Positions 53,037-64,000 of a DNA stretch of 64,000 bases are shown here, piece by piece. The stretch is from the NCBI GenBank assembly GCA_964016885.1, contig OZ024744.1, forward strand, positions 90,892,001 to 90,956,000, given 5' to 3'. Each line of letters opens with the position of its first letter. The stretch's first letter is position 1. Under the pieces are notes generated by a model that saw nothing but the letters and a program-made list of their open reading frames with translations, did no database searches and had not been told where the DNA came from. The position numbers were made by a program, and so were the translations under genes. Origin of the DNA: Eledone cirrhosa (lineage: Eukaryota).

Positions 53037-54452
53037 CAGCCCACACTGTAAAGTGGTCATGTAGGTGTCACAACAAAAAGTACCCAACCCACACTGTAAA
53101 GTGGTCATGTAGGTGTCACAACAAAAAACATCCAACCCACACTGTAAAGTGGTCATGTAGGTCTCACAACAAAAAACATCCAACCCACACTGTAAAGTGG
53201 TCATGTAGGTGTCACGACAAAAAGCACCCAGCCCACACTATAAGTTGGTCATGTAGGTGTCACAACAAAAAACATCCAACCCACACTGTAAAGTGGTCAT
53301 GTAGGTGTCATGACAAAAAGCACCCAGCCCACACTATAAGTTGGTCATGTAGGTCTCACAACAAAAAACATCCAACCCACACTGTAAAGTAGTCATGTAG
53401 GTGTCACAACAAAAAGCACCCAGCCCACACTATAAGTTGGTCATGTAGGTCTCACAACAAAAAACATCCAACCCACACTGTAAAGTGGTCATGTAGGTGT
53501 CACAACAAAAAGCACCCAGTCCACACTGTAAAGTGGTCATGTAGGTCTCACAACTAAAAACATCCAACCCACACTGTAAAGTGGTCATGTAGGTCTCACA
53601 ACAAAAAGTACCCAGTCCACACTGTAAAGTGGTCATGTAGGTGTCACGACAAAAAGCACCCAGCCCACACTGTAAAGTGGTCATGTAGGTGTCACAACAA
53701 AAAGTACCCAGCACACACTGTAAAGTGGTCATGTAGGTGTCACGACAAAAAGCACCCAGTCTACACTGTAAAGTGGTTGTGTAGGTGTCACAACAAAAAG
53801 TACCCAGCCCACACTATAAGTTGGTCATGTAGGTGTCATGACAAAAAACATCCAACCCACACTGTAAAGTGGTCATGTAGGTGTTACAACAAAAAGCACC
53901 CAGTCCACACTGTAAAGTGGTCATGTAGGTGTCACAACAAAAAGCACCCAGTCCACACTGTAAAGTGGTCATGTAGGTGTCACGACAAAAAGCACCCAGC
54001 CCACACTATAAGTTGGTCATGTAGGTGTCACAACAAAAAGTACCCATCACACACTGTAAAGTGGTCATGTAGGTGTCACAACAAAAAGCACCCAGTCCAC
54101 ACTGTAAAGTGGTCATGTAGGTGTCACGACAAAAAGCACCCAGCCCACACTATAAGTTGGTCATGTAGGTGTCACAACAAAAAGTACCCATCACACACTG
54201 TAAAGTGGTCATGTAGGTGTCACAACAAAAAGCACCCAGTCCACACTATAAGTTGGTCATGTAGGTGTCACAACTAAAAGTACCCATCACACACTGTAAA
54301 GTGGTTAGGAAGAGCATTCAGCTGGAGAAACCCAGCCAGAAACAGTTCTATATGAGCAAGTCATGGTCACCTGACTCAACTTGCCTCTAATGGGACAACT
54401 CGTCTAACCCATGCTACCGTGGTAAATGGACGTTAAATTATGATAATGATGA
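53037..54452 (+). repeat. Second tandem array (~26 copies) of the 48-bp RTE UTR unit, with an RTE 3' tail
   Basis: Same unit as 1961-3075 with its own variants (CACTATAAGTTGG, AAGTACCC); ends in an RTE tail. Confidence 0.9.
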
Positions 54453-54721
54453 TATATATATATATATATATATATACATACACACATACATACAAACATA
54501 TATATTTACAGTTTAGACAGAGAAGGAAGGAAGGGTAGTATCTAAGAACCTTTTTGCAAGGCTTCCAAAGACTGGACTGAGGGAGGAAGTTATTTTCAAA
54601 CCAATGACCTGGTCTGAATGCTTCCAACAGAGTGAATTCCAAAAAAGGCAGGCCAGGGACCAGGTGGACAGATCAAGTCTATTACCCAAATTATTCACAG
54701 ATCTTAAGCTTTATATATTTT

Positions 54722-55095
54722 CTAAGGCGGGTAAAATTCCCGAGATCCATGGACAAGTTCTCTCCAGCGGTCTCTGTCCCTCATTATCGCTGCCATGTCC
54801 TGCGTCTCCAATAGACCAGTGTCTGTCCTTAGGGCATCAACATACGTTAACCTTGGTCTTCCTCTTCTAGTGTGTCCATGTAGGGGCTCCCAAAGGAGCA
54901 CTGAGTGCAATGTCAACTCTGGATGTCGGTGAGCATGTCCAGCTAACCTCAGTCTCCTCTGTGTCACTTTTGAGCTGACTTTTGGGATGCTCCCATACAG
55001 CTCTGAGTTTTTCATCCTCAGTGTATACTGATTAATGTTCAGAGCCATCCTCAGCATTCTCGTGTAGCACCCATCCACCATCTGAGTGAGTTTCT
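54722..55095 (-). mobile_element. 3' fragment of a divergent RTE-type LINE
   Basis: DGCYTRMLRMALN..RRLRLAGHAHRHPE..LLWEP.HG..RRGRP..TYVD.L..DTG..MRDRDRW. Confidence 0.85.
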
Positions 55096-55109
55096 TTATA
55101 TATATCTTA

Positions 55110-55140
<31 letters not shown>

Positions 55141-55168
55141 TATATGTGTATGTATATACACATATATA

Positions 55169-56049
55169 CAGGGTGCGGACGATATTTGTTTGCAAGATTA
55201 CTGTCTAGGAAAAAATAACACAGTAATTTTATTTTTTAAGATATATTTATCAAACTTGGGTCAGTTTGTCTTCATGACTTGTTCTTTCAATCTCACTCAA
55301 TAAACCCACCATTGGCTTTGATGACGGCCTCGGAACCGGCTACAGGCCTAAGTCATTGTCCACCAACTTAGGCCCCTAAAGCCACTTGTGATCCTGGCCT
55401 TCAGATCGTCTTTCGTATTGCAGCTAGATCTGTTGGTGTCTCGTTCCACTGCGCCCCACACAAAGAAGTTGAGGAGGTTGCAGTCAGGCGAGCTGGGAGG
55501 CCAGATGTCAGGTGAAGTGTGGTCGACGAAGTTCTCTGACAACCAGGCTTGGGTCTTTCGGCTGGTATGGCAGGGCGCTGAGTCTTGCTGCCACACGTAT
55601 GGCCTACCTGCAGCTACCTGGTCGAACCAGGGCTTTACTACCTCGCTCAGAACGCGGATGTAGCCATCGGTGTTCAGCTGGAGGTCCTCAGGGAAGAAGT
55701 GAGGTGGCATGACGTCACCTTGACTGCTGACGACACCTAAGACCAATGCTGTCGCTGGAAACTTTGTCTGCATGACTCTGGGCACGTCTTTGGATGAGAC
55801 AGCGAGCCACCTGTTGTTCTGTGAGTTGATCTTCTGGTCTTATTTGTCCTCCCGGCGCAGATTCCAAGAAGAACTCCGTGTCTCTTCCACAAATTTAGAG
55901 GTTCAAAATTATTCATAATCAATTATTCTGAAAATAAATAATGGAAATATAGTCACTGTTTTTATGAAGACAAGAGTGACAATGGAAGTAAAAAAAATTT
56001 GCATAAAATTAGCAGTTGAAAATTGCGAACAAATATCGTCCGCACCCTG
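55169..56049 (-). mobile_element. Internally deleted DD37D maT element (same deletion as the 47236 copy)
   Basis: Both TIRs; QQDSAPCH and WPPSSPDCN; identical deletion junction. Confidence 0.9.
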
Positions 56050-56143
56050 TATATATATATGTATGCATGTATACACACACACCCATATATATATTATATA
56101 TGTGTGTATGTGTATTTATACACATACAAATATATATATAATT

Positions 56144-56338
56144 TTTAATATAGAAATGGCTTCTACAGGACTAGAACTGTTTCATTCGAAGGAAATCATC
56201 AGGGCTTTCTTGATGATTTCCTTTGAATGAAACAGTTCTAGTCCTGTAGAAGCCATTACTGTATTAAACATTGTACATACTCTACTATATATTGAGTACC
56301 TTACTTACTGTGGTTAGCCCCGATTGGACCCGGGATAC
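56144..56338. mobile_element. Fold-back repeat (~58-bp arms) with a hammerhead core, plus a tail
   Basis: Arms 56144-56201 and 56211-56268; the minus arm reads CTGATGA-TTTC-CTTC-GAAT-GAAAC-AGTT-CTA. Confidence 0.65.
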
Positions 56339-56538
56339 ACACACACACACGCATATATATATATACACATGCATACATGTACACACACACAGACACCCAT
56401 ATATATATTATGTGAGTGTGTATGCACAAATATGCATAATTGTGTGTGTGTACCCATACACACACAAACACATATATATAATATATAAATACACACATAC
56501 ATATATATACATATATATTTATATATATATCTATATAT

Positions 56539-56682
56539 ATATTGGTAAACGGAAAAGAAAATGCTGACAAATTGTTCACAGTGAAAAATAGTTTATATCT
56601 AATCGGAGGTGAGCTAGTGATTTTAGAACAGTATTAGCATGACAGAAATTATTTATATATATGTATATATATATGCATATGT

Positions 56683-56738
<56 letters not shown>

Positions 56739-57078
56739 AAAGAATAGAGGTGTAACACACGAGTTATGATATATTGGTAAACGGAAAAGAAAATGCTGAC
56801 AAATTGTTCACAGTGAAAAATAGTTTAATTAGGAATAAGTGAAAATTAGTAATAGTATTGGTTAGTATTTAGTTTTGGTTTCTATCTCAAAATTATTTTT
56901 GAAAAGCATTAGAAATGCGCAACCGGTAAAACTTAAAACCAAAACTAAATACTAACCAATACTATTACTAATTTTCACTTATTCCTAATTAAACTATTTT
57001 TCACTGTTAACAATTTGTCAGCATTTTCTTTTCCGTTTACCAATATATCATAACTCGTGTGTTACACCTCTATTCTTT

Positions 57079-57128
<50 letters not shown>

Positions 57129-57250
57129 CAACATATGCATATATATATATACATATATATAAATAATTTCTGTCATGCTAGTACTGTTCTAAAATCACTA
57201 GCTCACCTGCGATTAGATATAAGGGTACAGTGCACTTTAGTTGCCATGGG
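56539..57250. mobile_element. Long inverted repeat (~290-bp arms) with a decayed hammerhead in its 54-nt loop
   Basis: Arms 56593-56881 and 56936-57222; the loop contains TTGAAAA-GCATT-AGA-AATGC-GCAAC-CG-GTA; 56539-56594 is an extra direct copy of 56771-56826. Confidence 0.7.
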
Positions 57251-57285
57251 CACGAGAGCGCACACACACATTGACACTAAGATAC

Positions 57286-57350
<65 letters not shown>

Positions 57351-57639
57351 TACACACACAGATGCATAATGATAGTTCATTGATTGGTATGTGAAGAAGG
57401 AAGAGAATGTCTCTTGCAGCAGAGTAGATAGAACTGCAGTAGCAGCTATGGGGAGGGGCAGGGACAGAGGGGGGTCTGGGGGAGCTGGCAGTAAACTAGA
57501 ACAGCTACAGCAATACCAAAGTATATTTATTGGAATGGAGGTGAACGGGAGGAGGGGGGAATGGAGATATGGGTAGGAAGGACTGGGGTGATTAGATAGA
57601 CACATAGGACGAGGAAGGGGAGAGGGTGAGGAGGAAGCT

Positions 57640-57692
<53 letters not shown>

Positions 57693-58059
57693 GACAGATT
57701 AAGAGTGAGGCAGACAGACAAACAGACAGACAGACAGTTTAGCCAACAGTTCGAATAGACAGATAGTCACACATACAGATAGTCACACATATACAGATGC
57801 ACATATATACATAGAGACTCATACATGGACACAAATATACATAGTCACATATATACATAGACACACATATAGACATACCTATAGATAGACACACATATAT
57901 AGTATGACATACATATAGCTAGTCACATATATAGATAACCACATATAGAGAGTCACATATATAGATAGTCACATATAGATAGTCACATATATAGATAGTC
58001 ACAGATATAGATATATTTCTTTATTTGCCACAAGGGCACACAAGTAAAGGGGACAAAAC

Positions 58060-60290
58060 AGCTAGGAGGGAAGCAGAGGATAGAAAATTCAAGCATGTTT
58101 TGCAACGTGAGGACCAGAAACAGGAGGTGTTCAAGATTGCGAGGCAGTGTGTCAGAGAGAATTGTGATGTCATTGGAGAGAAGTGTATCTGGAATGATAA
58201 AAGTGAGCTTGCCCCCACAAGTGCTGAGAGGAAAGATGCATGGAAGAGTCATTATGATAGATTACTAAATGAGGAGAATGCATCGGAAGAAGAGACCCTA
58301 CCCCAAGTAGACCCTATAGAGGGGCCAACAGTACAAGTCAGCAGCAATGTAGTAAGTAAGGCAATCAAAGATATGAAGATGGAGAAGGCAACCGGTCCAT
58401 CGGGTATAGCTGCCGAGATGCTGAAGGCATCTGGGTCTGTAGGTTACACTATAACCACACGTATTGTTAACCAGGTAATACTAGAAGGTGTCATACCAAA
58501 AGATTGGTGCAGTAGCATCATTGTCAACTGCTACAAAGGTAAAGGTGATGCACTAGATAGAGGAAACTATAGAGGTATAAAGCTGATGGACCAGGTCATG
58601 AAAGTAACAGAAACAGTTATAGCACAGTTGATTAGGGACCGGGTGAAACTAGACGAGATGCAATTTGGGTTTGTACCAGGAAGAGGCACCACTGATGCCC
58701 TCTTCCTTGTCAGGCAGTTACAGGAAAAGTACCTAGCTAAAAGAAAGCCAGTCTACCTGGCATTTGTCGACCTTGAGAAAGCCTTTGACAGAGTTCCACG
58801 TGCTGTAATCTGGTGGGCTCTTAGAAAACTAGGAGTAGATGAATGGCTTGTGAAAGCGGTACAAGCCATGTATAGGGGAGCAGTCAGCAAAGTTAGGATT
58901 AGCAATGAGTATAGCGAGGAATTTAGCGTACAGGTTGGGGTCCACCAGGGCTCTGTTCTTAGCCCCCTCCTGTTCATCATAGTCCTGCAAGCAATAACAG
59001 AGGAGTTTAAGACCGGATGCCCATGGGAACTCCTGTATGCTGATGACCTCGCACTTATAGCTGAATCTATGGTAGAACTAGAGAAGAAATTCCAAACTTG
59101 GAAGCAGGGACTAGAAAGAAAGGGTCTCAAAGTCAACATGACAAAGACTAAGATCCTTGTAAGTAGACGAGAAAACAGAACCCAGATCCCCTCAGGGAAA
59201 TGGCCTTGCTCAGTATGAAGGAAAGGTGTAGGTAGGAACTCCATTCTCTGTCCCAAATGCAAACAATGGGTACACAAGAGATGTAGCGGGATCTCAGGAA
59301 GCTTAATTAAGAATGTAGGCTTCACATGCAGCAGCTGTGCTGGGACAGCAAGCAGCCACAGGAAACAAGTACCACCAATCTCTGGGGAGCTCTGTAGAAA
59401 CAGTAGACAGCTTTTGCTATCTAGGTGACCGAATTAGCAGCGGAGGTGGGTGTTCAGAAAGTACAATAACTAGGGTAAGAACGGGATGGAAGAAGTTTAG
59501 GGAACTACTACCACTGCTAGCTGCAAAATCTTCTCCCTCAAAATGAAAGGCAGACTGTATGATGCGTGTATCCGAACAGCGATGTTGCATGGTAGTGAGA
59601 CCTGGGCGCTGAAGGTGGAAGACTTACGTAGATTAGAGAGAAACGAAGCCTGCATGCTCCGATGGATGTGTAATAGTAATATACGCGAACGACAAAGCAT
59701 AAATGAATTGAGAGAGAGACTGAGCATAAGAGGAATCAAATGCTGTGTGCAGGAGAGGCGGTTGCGTTGGTATGGACATGTGATGCGTATGAAGGATGAC
59801 AGCTGCATAAAAAGGTGCAGAGCACTAGAAGTCGATGGAAACCGCGGAGTGGGGAGACCCAAGATGACCTGGGATGAGGTGATAAAAGCCGACCTTACCC
59901 AATTACACCTCTTAAAGGCGATGACACACGACCGTGACCTCTGGTGTCACGCAGTAATACAGAGTACCCGACCTCCCATGGGTACAAGCTGAAGCATATA
60001 GACAATATGCCCCCACACCTCCCACTGCAAGGTGGTCATGGAGGTGCCACGGCAAAAAAAGCACCCAGCCCACACTGTAAAGTGGACGTGGAGGCGCCAC
60101 GAAAAAGCACCCAGCACTCAGTGTAAATGAAGTTGGTGTTAGGAAGGGTATCTAGCTGTAGAAATCAAGCCAAATCAGTTCCTGTATGAGCAAGGCATGG
60201 TCAGCCGACCAGACACTGCCCACAACAGGACAACCCGTCTAACCCATGCTAGTGTGGAAGAACGGACGTAAAACGGTGATGATGATGATA
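58060..60290 (+). mobile_element. 5'-truncated RTE LINE (lineage B)
   Basis: ORF 58025-59218 (KGKGD..NYRGIKL, QFGF.PGRGTTDA, YADD), a stop in the PHD finger, then frameshifts; 3' UTR and tail. Confidence 0.92.
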
Positions 60291-60596
60291 CAGACACACA
60301 CACACACACACACAGATATACATATATATATATAGATAGACATATACACACATAGATAGACACAAATGTATATACAAAGATAGACATATAGACAATTAGA
60401 GAGTGACTATAAACAGACAGAGATAGATCTGGAGATAGATATAGATAGACAAGTGCAGACAGATAAGCAGACTGGCAGATGTGCTGCATACAGTATAATT
60501 ACAGACTGCCAAATCATTTCCAGACACACAAGTAGACAGCAAGGACACACATATATATTGCTAGTATGGCATGAACTGACTGACACACAGGCAGAC

Positions 60597-60661
<65 letters not shown>

Positions 60662-60971
60662 CACACAGATCATCATCATCATCATCATCATTTTACGTCC
60701 GCTTTTCCCTGCTTGCAAGGGTGGGATGGGAACTGATTCTGGCTTGATTTCTACAGCTGGATGCCCTTCCTAACACCAACCTCATTTGCAGTGAGTGCTG
60801 GTTGCTTTTTTGCCGTGGCGCCTCCACGACCACTTTGCAGTGGAATGATAGGGACCCCCAGTCCCTATCATCTCATTTCTACAGCTGAGTAAACTGGAGC
60901 AATGTGAAATAAAGTGTTTTGCTCAAGGAAACAACATATCACCCACTCTGAGAATTGAACTCATAACCTTT

Positions 60972-62222
60972 TACCTAGCTAAAAGTAAACCCCTCTACTT
61001 AGCTTTTTTAGACCTGGAGAAAGCTTTTGACAGAGTCCCCCGCTCCATTATCTGGTGGACTCTTTGAAAACTAGGTGTAGATGAATGGCTTGTGAAAGCT
61101 ATACAAGCTATGTATAATGAAACAGTCAGTAAGGTTAGAATTAACAATGAATATTGTGAAGAATTTAGTGTAAAAGTTGGCGTTCACCAAGGCTCTGTCC
61201 TTAGCGCCCTCTTATTTATTATTGCCCTTCAGGCTATAACAGAAGAGTTCAAGACCGGCTGCCCATGGGAACTCCTATACGCAGATGATCTAACGTTCAT
61301 AGCTGAATCAATGGTGGAGGGTGTTCTGAAAGTACAGTAACCAGAGTCAGAACGGGATGGAAAAAGTTCAGAGAGCTTATACCGCTGTTGGCCACAAAAG
61401 GTTTCTCTTTAAAAATGAAAGGCAGATTGTATGATGCTTGTATACAAACAGCAATGCTACATAGCAGTGAGACATGGGCATTGTGTGCAGAGGACCTGCG
61501 TAGACTGGAAAGGAACGAAGCATGCATGCTCCGTTGGATGTGTAATAGTAATATACATGAACGGCAAAGCATAAATGAACTAAGTGAGAAATTAGGAATA
61601 AGAGAGATCAGATGCTGTTTACTTGAGAGAAGACTATGTATGGTCACGTGATGCGCATGAAAGACGACAGCTGCATAAAAAAGTGCAGGGCGATCAAAAT
61701 TGATGGTAGTTATGGAGTAGGTAGACCCAGAAAAACCTGGGATGATCTGATAAATTCCGACCTCACACACTTACATCTCTTTAAGACAATGTCTCTGGAC
61801 CGAGATCTTTGGCGCTACGCAGTAATACAGAAGACCCGTTTTGCCTATGTACAAAGCGAAACATACAGTCAGTAGGCACCTCTTAACCAAATATACACCC
61901 CAATCCACTACCCCTACCCTATCCTCCCACTCCCACCAACAGCATGAGAAAATGAGATCGAGATTGTGTAGGTGTCATGACAAAAAACACACACAGTCCA
62001 CGCTGTAATGTGGCCGTGTAGGTAACACGGTAAAAATTCCCAGTTCCACACTGTAAATGTGGTTGGTGTTAGGAAGGGCATCCAGCCGTAGAAAACCTGC
62101 CAGATAGTCCTATATGAGCGAGACACGGTCACCCGACCAAACCTTGCCTCAAGTGGGACAACTCCCGTCTAACCCATGCTAGCGTGGAAAATGAATGTTA
62201 AACGAAGATGATGATGATGATT
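60972..62222 (+). mobile_element. 5'-truncated RTE LINE (lineage A) with an internal deletion spanning the PHD finger
   Basis: YADDLTFIAESM joins directly to the GGCSEST region. Confidence 0.85.
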
Positions 62223-62937
62223 ATGAACCTTTCAATTGCAAGGCCAATGCTCTAACCACTAAGCCATGTGCCTCCATACATGGAGGCACATGGCTTAGTG
62301 GTTAGAGCATTGGGCTTGCAATCGAAAGGTTGTGAGTTCAATTCTCAGACCGGGTGATGTGTTGTTTCCTTGAGCAAGACACTTTATTTCACATTGCTCC
62401 AGTTTACTCAGCTGTAGAAATGAGATGATAGGGACTGGGGTCCCTATCATTCCACTGTAAAGTGGTTGTGGAGGTGCCATGGCAAAAAAGCACCCAGCAC
62501 TCACTGTAAATGAGGTTGGTGTTAGGAAGGGCATCCAGCTGTAGAAATCAAGCCAGAATCAGTTCCCGTCCCACCCTTGTAAGCAGGGTAAAGTGGACAT
62601 AAAATGAAATGATGATGATATATATAAAAATTTGCATAAAATTAGCAGTTGAAAATTGCGAACAAATATCGTCCACACCCTGTATATATATATATACATA
62701 TATATACATATATATAACATCCTGATCATCATCAACGTTTAATGTCTATTTTCCACGTTAGCATGGGTTAGACGAGTTTGTTCCATTTGAGGCAAGTTGG
62801 CTCGGGTGACCGTGTCCTCGCTCATATGGGACTATATATATATATATATATATATATAAATCAGATTTGATTCAGTTTGAAACCAGTTAGATCATAACTC
62901 ACCAGAGTACTCAATACTTGGGGGTGACTCTTTATAA

Positions 62938-62978
<41 letters not shown>

Positions 62979-63479
62979 CACAGAGACCTTTGCATATACA
63001 AATGAATGTGAATGTGTGTGGAAAGAGAAAGTAAGAGTGAAAAGAGGAGACTCGTGATCTGGAGAAAGGAAGAGAAAAAGAGAAGAGGAGAGAATGGACA
63101 GAGATAGAATATTAAATATGGATAAGAAAAAAAGTGGCAGAGGGAGGCAGGGGGGGTGAGAATAAGAGACTGGAACCCCACCCACCCCCGTGAGAGGGAG
63201 AGGGAAGAGGAGATAAAGAAAAGTGGCAGAGGATGAGGGAGAGATGGGGGAAGAGAATAAGAGACTGGAACCCGTGAGAGAGAGAGAGAGAGAGAGGAGG
63301 GAGGGAGGGAGGGAGAGAAGAGGTGGATGGATGAGATTATGGAAACAAAAGGAAATAGATTAGAAAGAGTGAGAGTTCTCACACTACCTTTTACTAATTT
63401 TCTTTTAAAAACGATTTAAGAAAATAAATTAGACTGGATAGAGATTGCCTAGAAGAAAAATATTGGAGCGGAGAGAGGG

Positions 63480-64000
63480 GGGAGGGGGTTAGAATAGATT
63501 AGGTAGAAAATGCTTAGGATAAAATGATGGCAGGAGAGAGAGAGAGAGAGAGGGGGGGGATAGAATAGACTATATAGAGAATACATAGGAGAAAATGATG
63601 GAGGGAGAGAGAGAGAATATAGAATAGCATAGAGAATACTTGGGATAAAATGGAGGGAGAGAAGGGTGAAGAGAAAGAGACAGTGAGAGAGAGAGACAGT
63701 GAGAGAGAGAGAGGGGTGAAGAGATAGACAGTGAGAGAGAGAGAGAGGGGTGAAGAGATAGACAGTGAGAGAGAGAGAGAGAGGGGTGAAGAGATAGACA
63801 GTGAGAGAGAGAGAGGGGTGAAAGATTGACAGTGAGAGAGAGAGAGGTGTTTAGAATAGACTAGGCAGAGAGTTCTTGGGATAAAATGATGGAGGGAGAG
63901 AGGGGGAGAGAGAGAGAGAGAAGTAGTAGAATAGACTAGATAGTATACATAGGAGAAAATGGAGAGAGAGGGAGAGAGAGTGGAGGAATGAGAGAGGGTG
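63480..64000. repeat. GA-rich low-complexity region with ~30-bp subrepeats
   Basis: Repeated GAGGGGTGAAGAGATAGACAGTGAGAGAG and AGAATAGACT..GGATAAAATG units. Confidence 0.85.

Overview
Repeat-rich, AT-rich animal genomic DNA, most likely from an octopus or another coleoid cephalopod. This is inferred from the mix of CORE and Meta tRNA-SINEs, PHD-containing RTE LINEs with (GAT)n tails and dense microsatellites. Most of the window is intronic or intergenic transposon debris: at least four RTE-type LINE lineages (one nearly full length at 43254-46530), mariner and DD37D maT elements, piggyBac and hAT MITEs, a non-autonomous Helitron, and Ingi/Vingi- and Chapaev-like remnants. Two phase-compatible exons (16742-16868 and 5969-6159), and possibly a third (33925-33981), define the 3' end of an unrecognised host gene on the minus strand. 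The most striking non-obvious signal is a set of about 10 hammerhead-ribozyme (HHR) motifs. Two are essentially canonical (12081-12160, 39821-39890). Most of the others lie within long, sequence-unrelated fold-back inverted repeats, the footprint expected of Penelope-like retroelement (PLE) pseudo-LTRs. A second candidate structured RNA is a 48-nt hairpin/pseudoknot module. It occurs in one RTE 5' UTR, in other RTE 3' UTRs and in SINE bodies, and is amplified into two arrays of about 23-26 copies. Most long ORFs in the track that are not from transposons are microsatellite artefacts.
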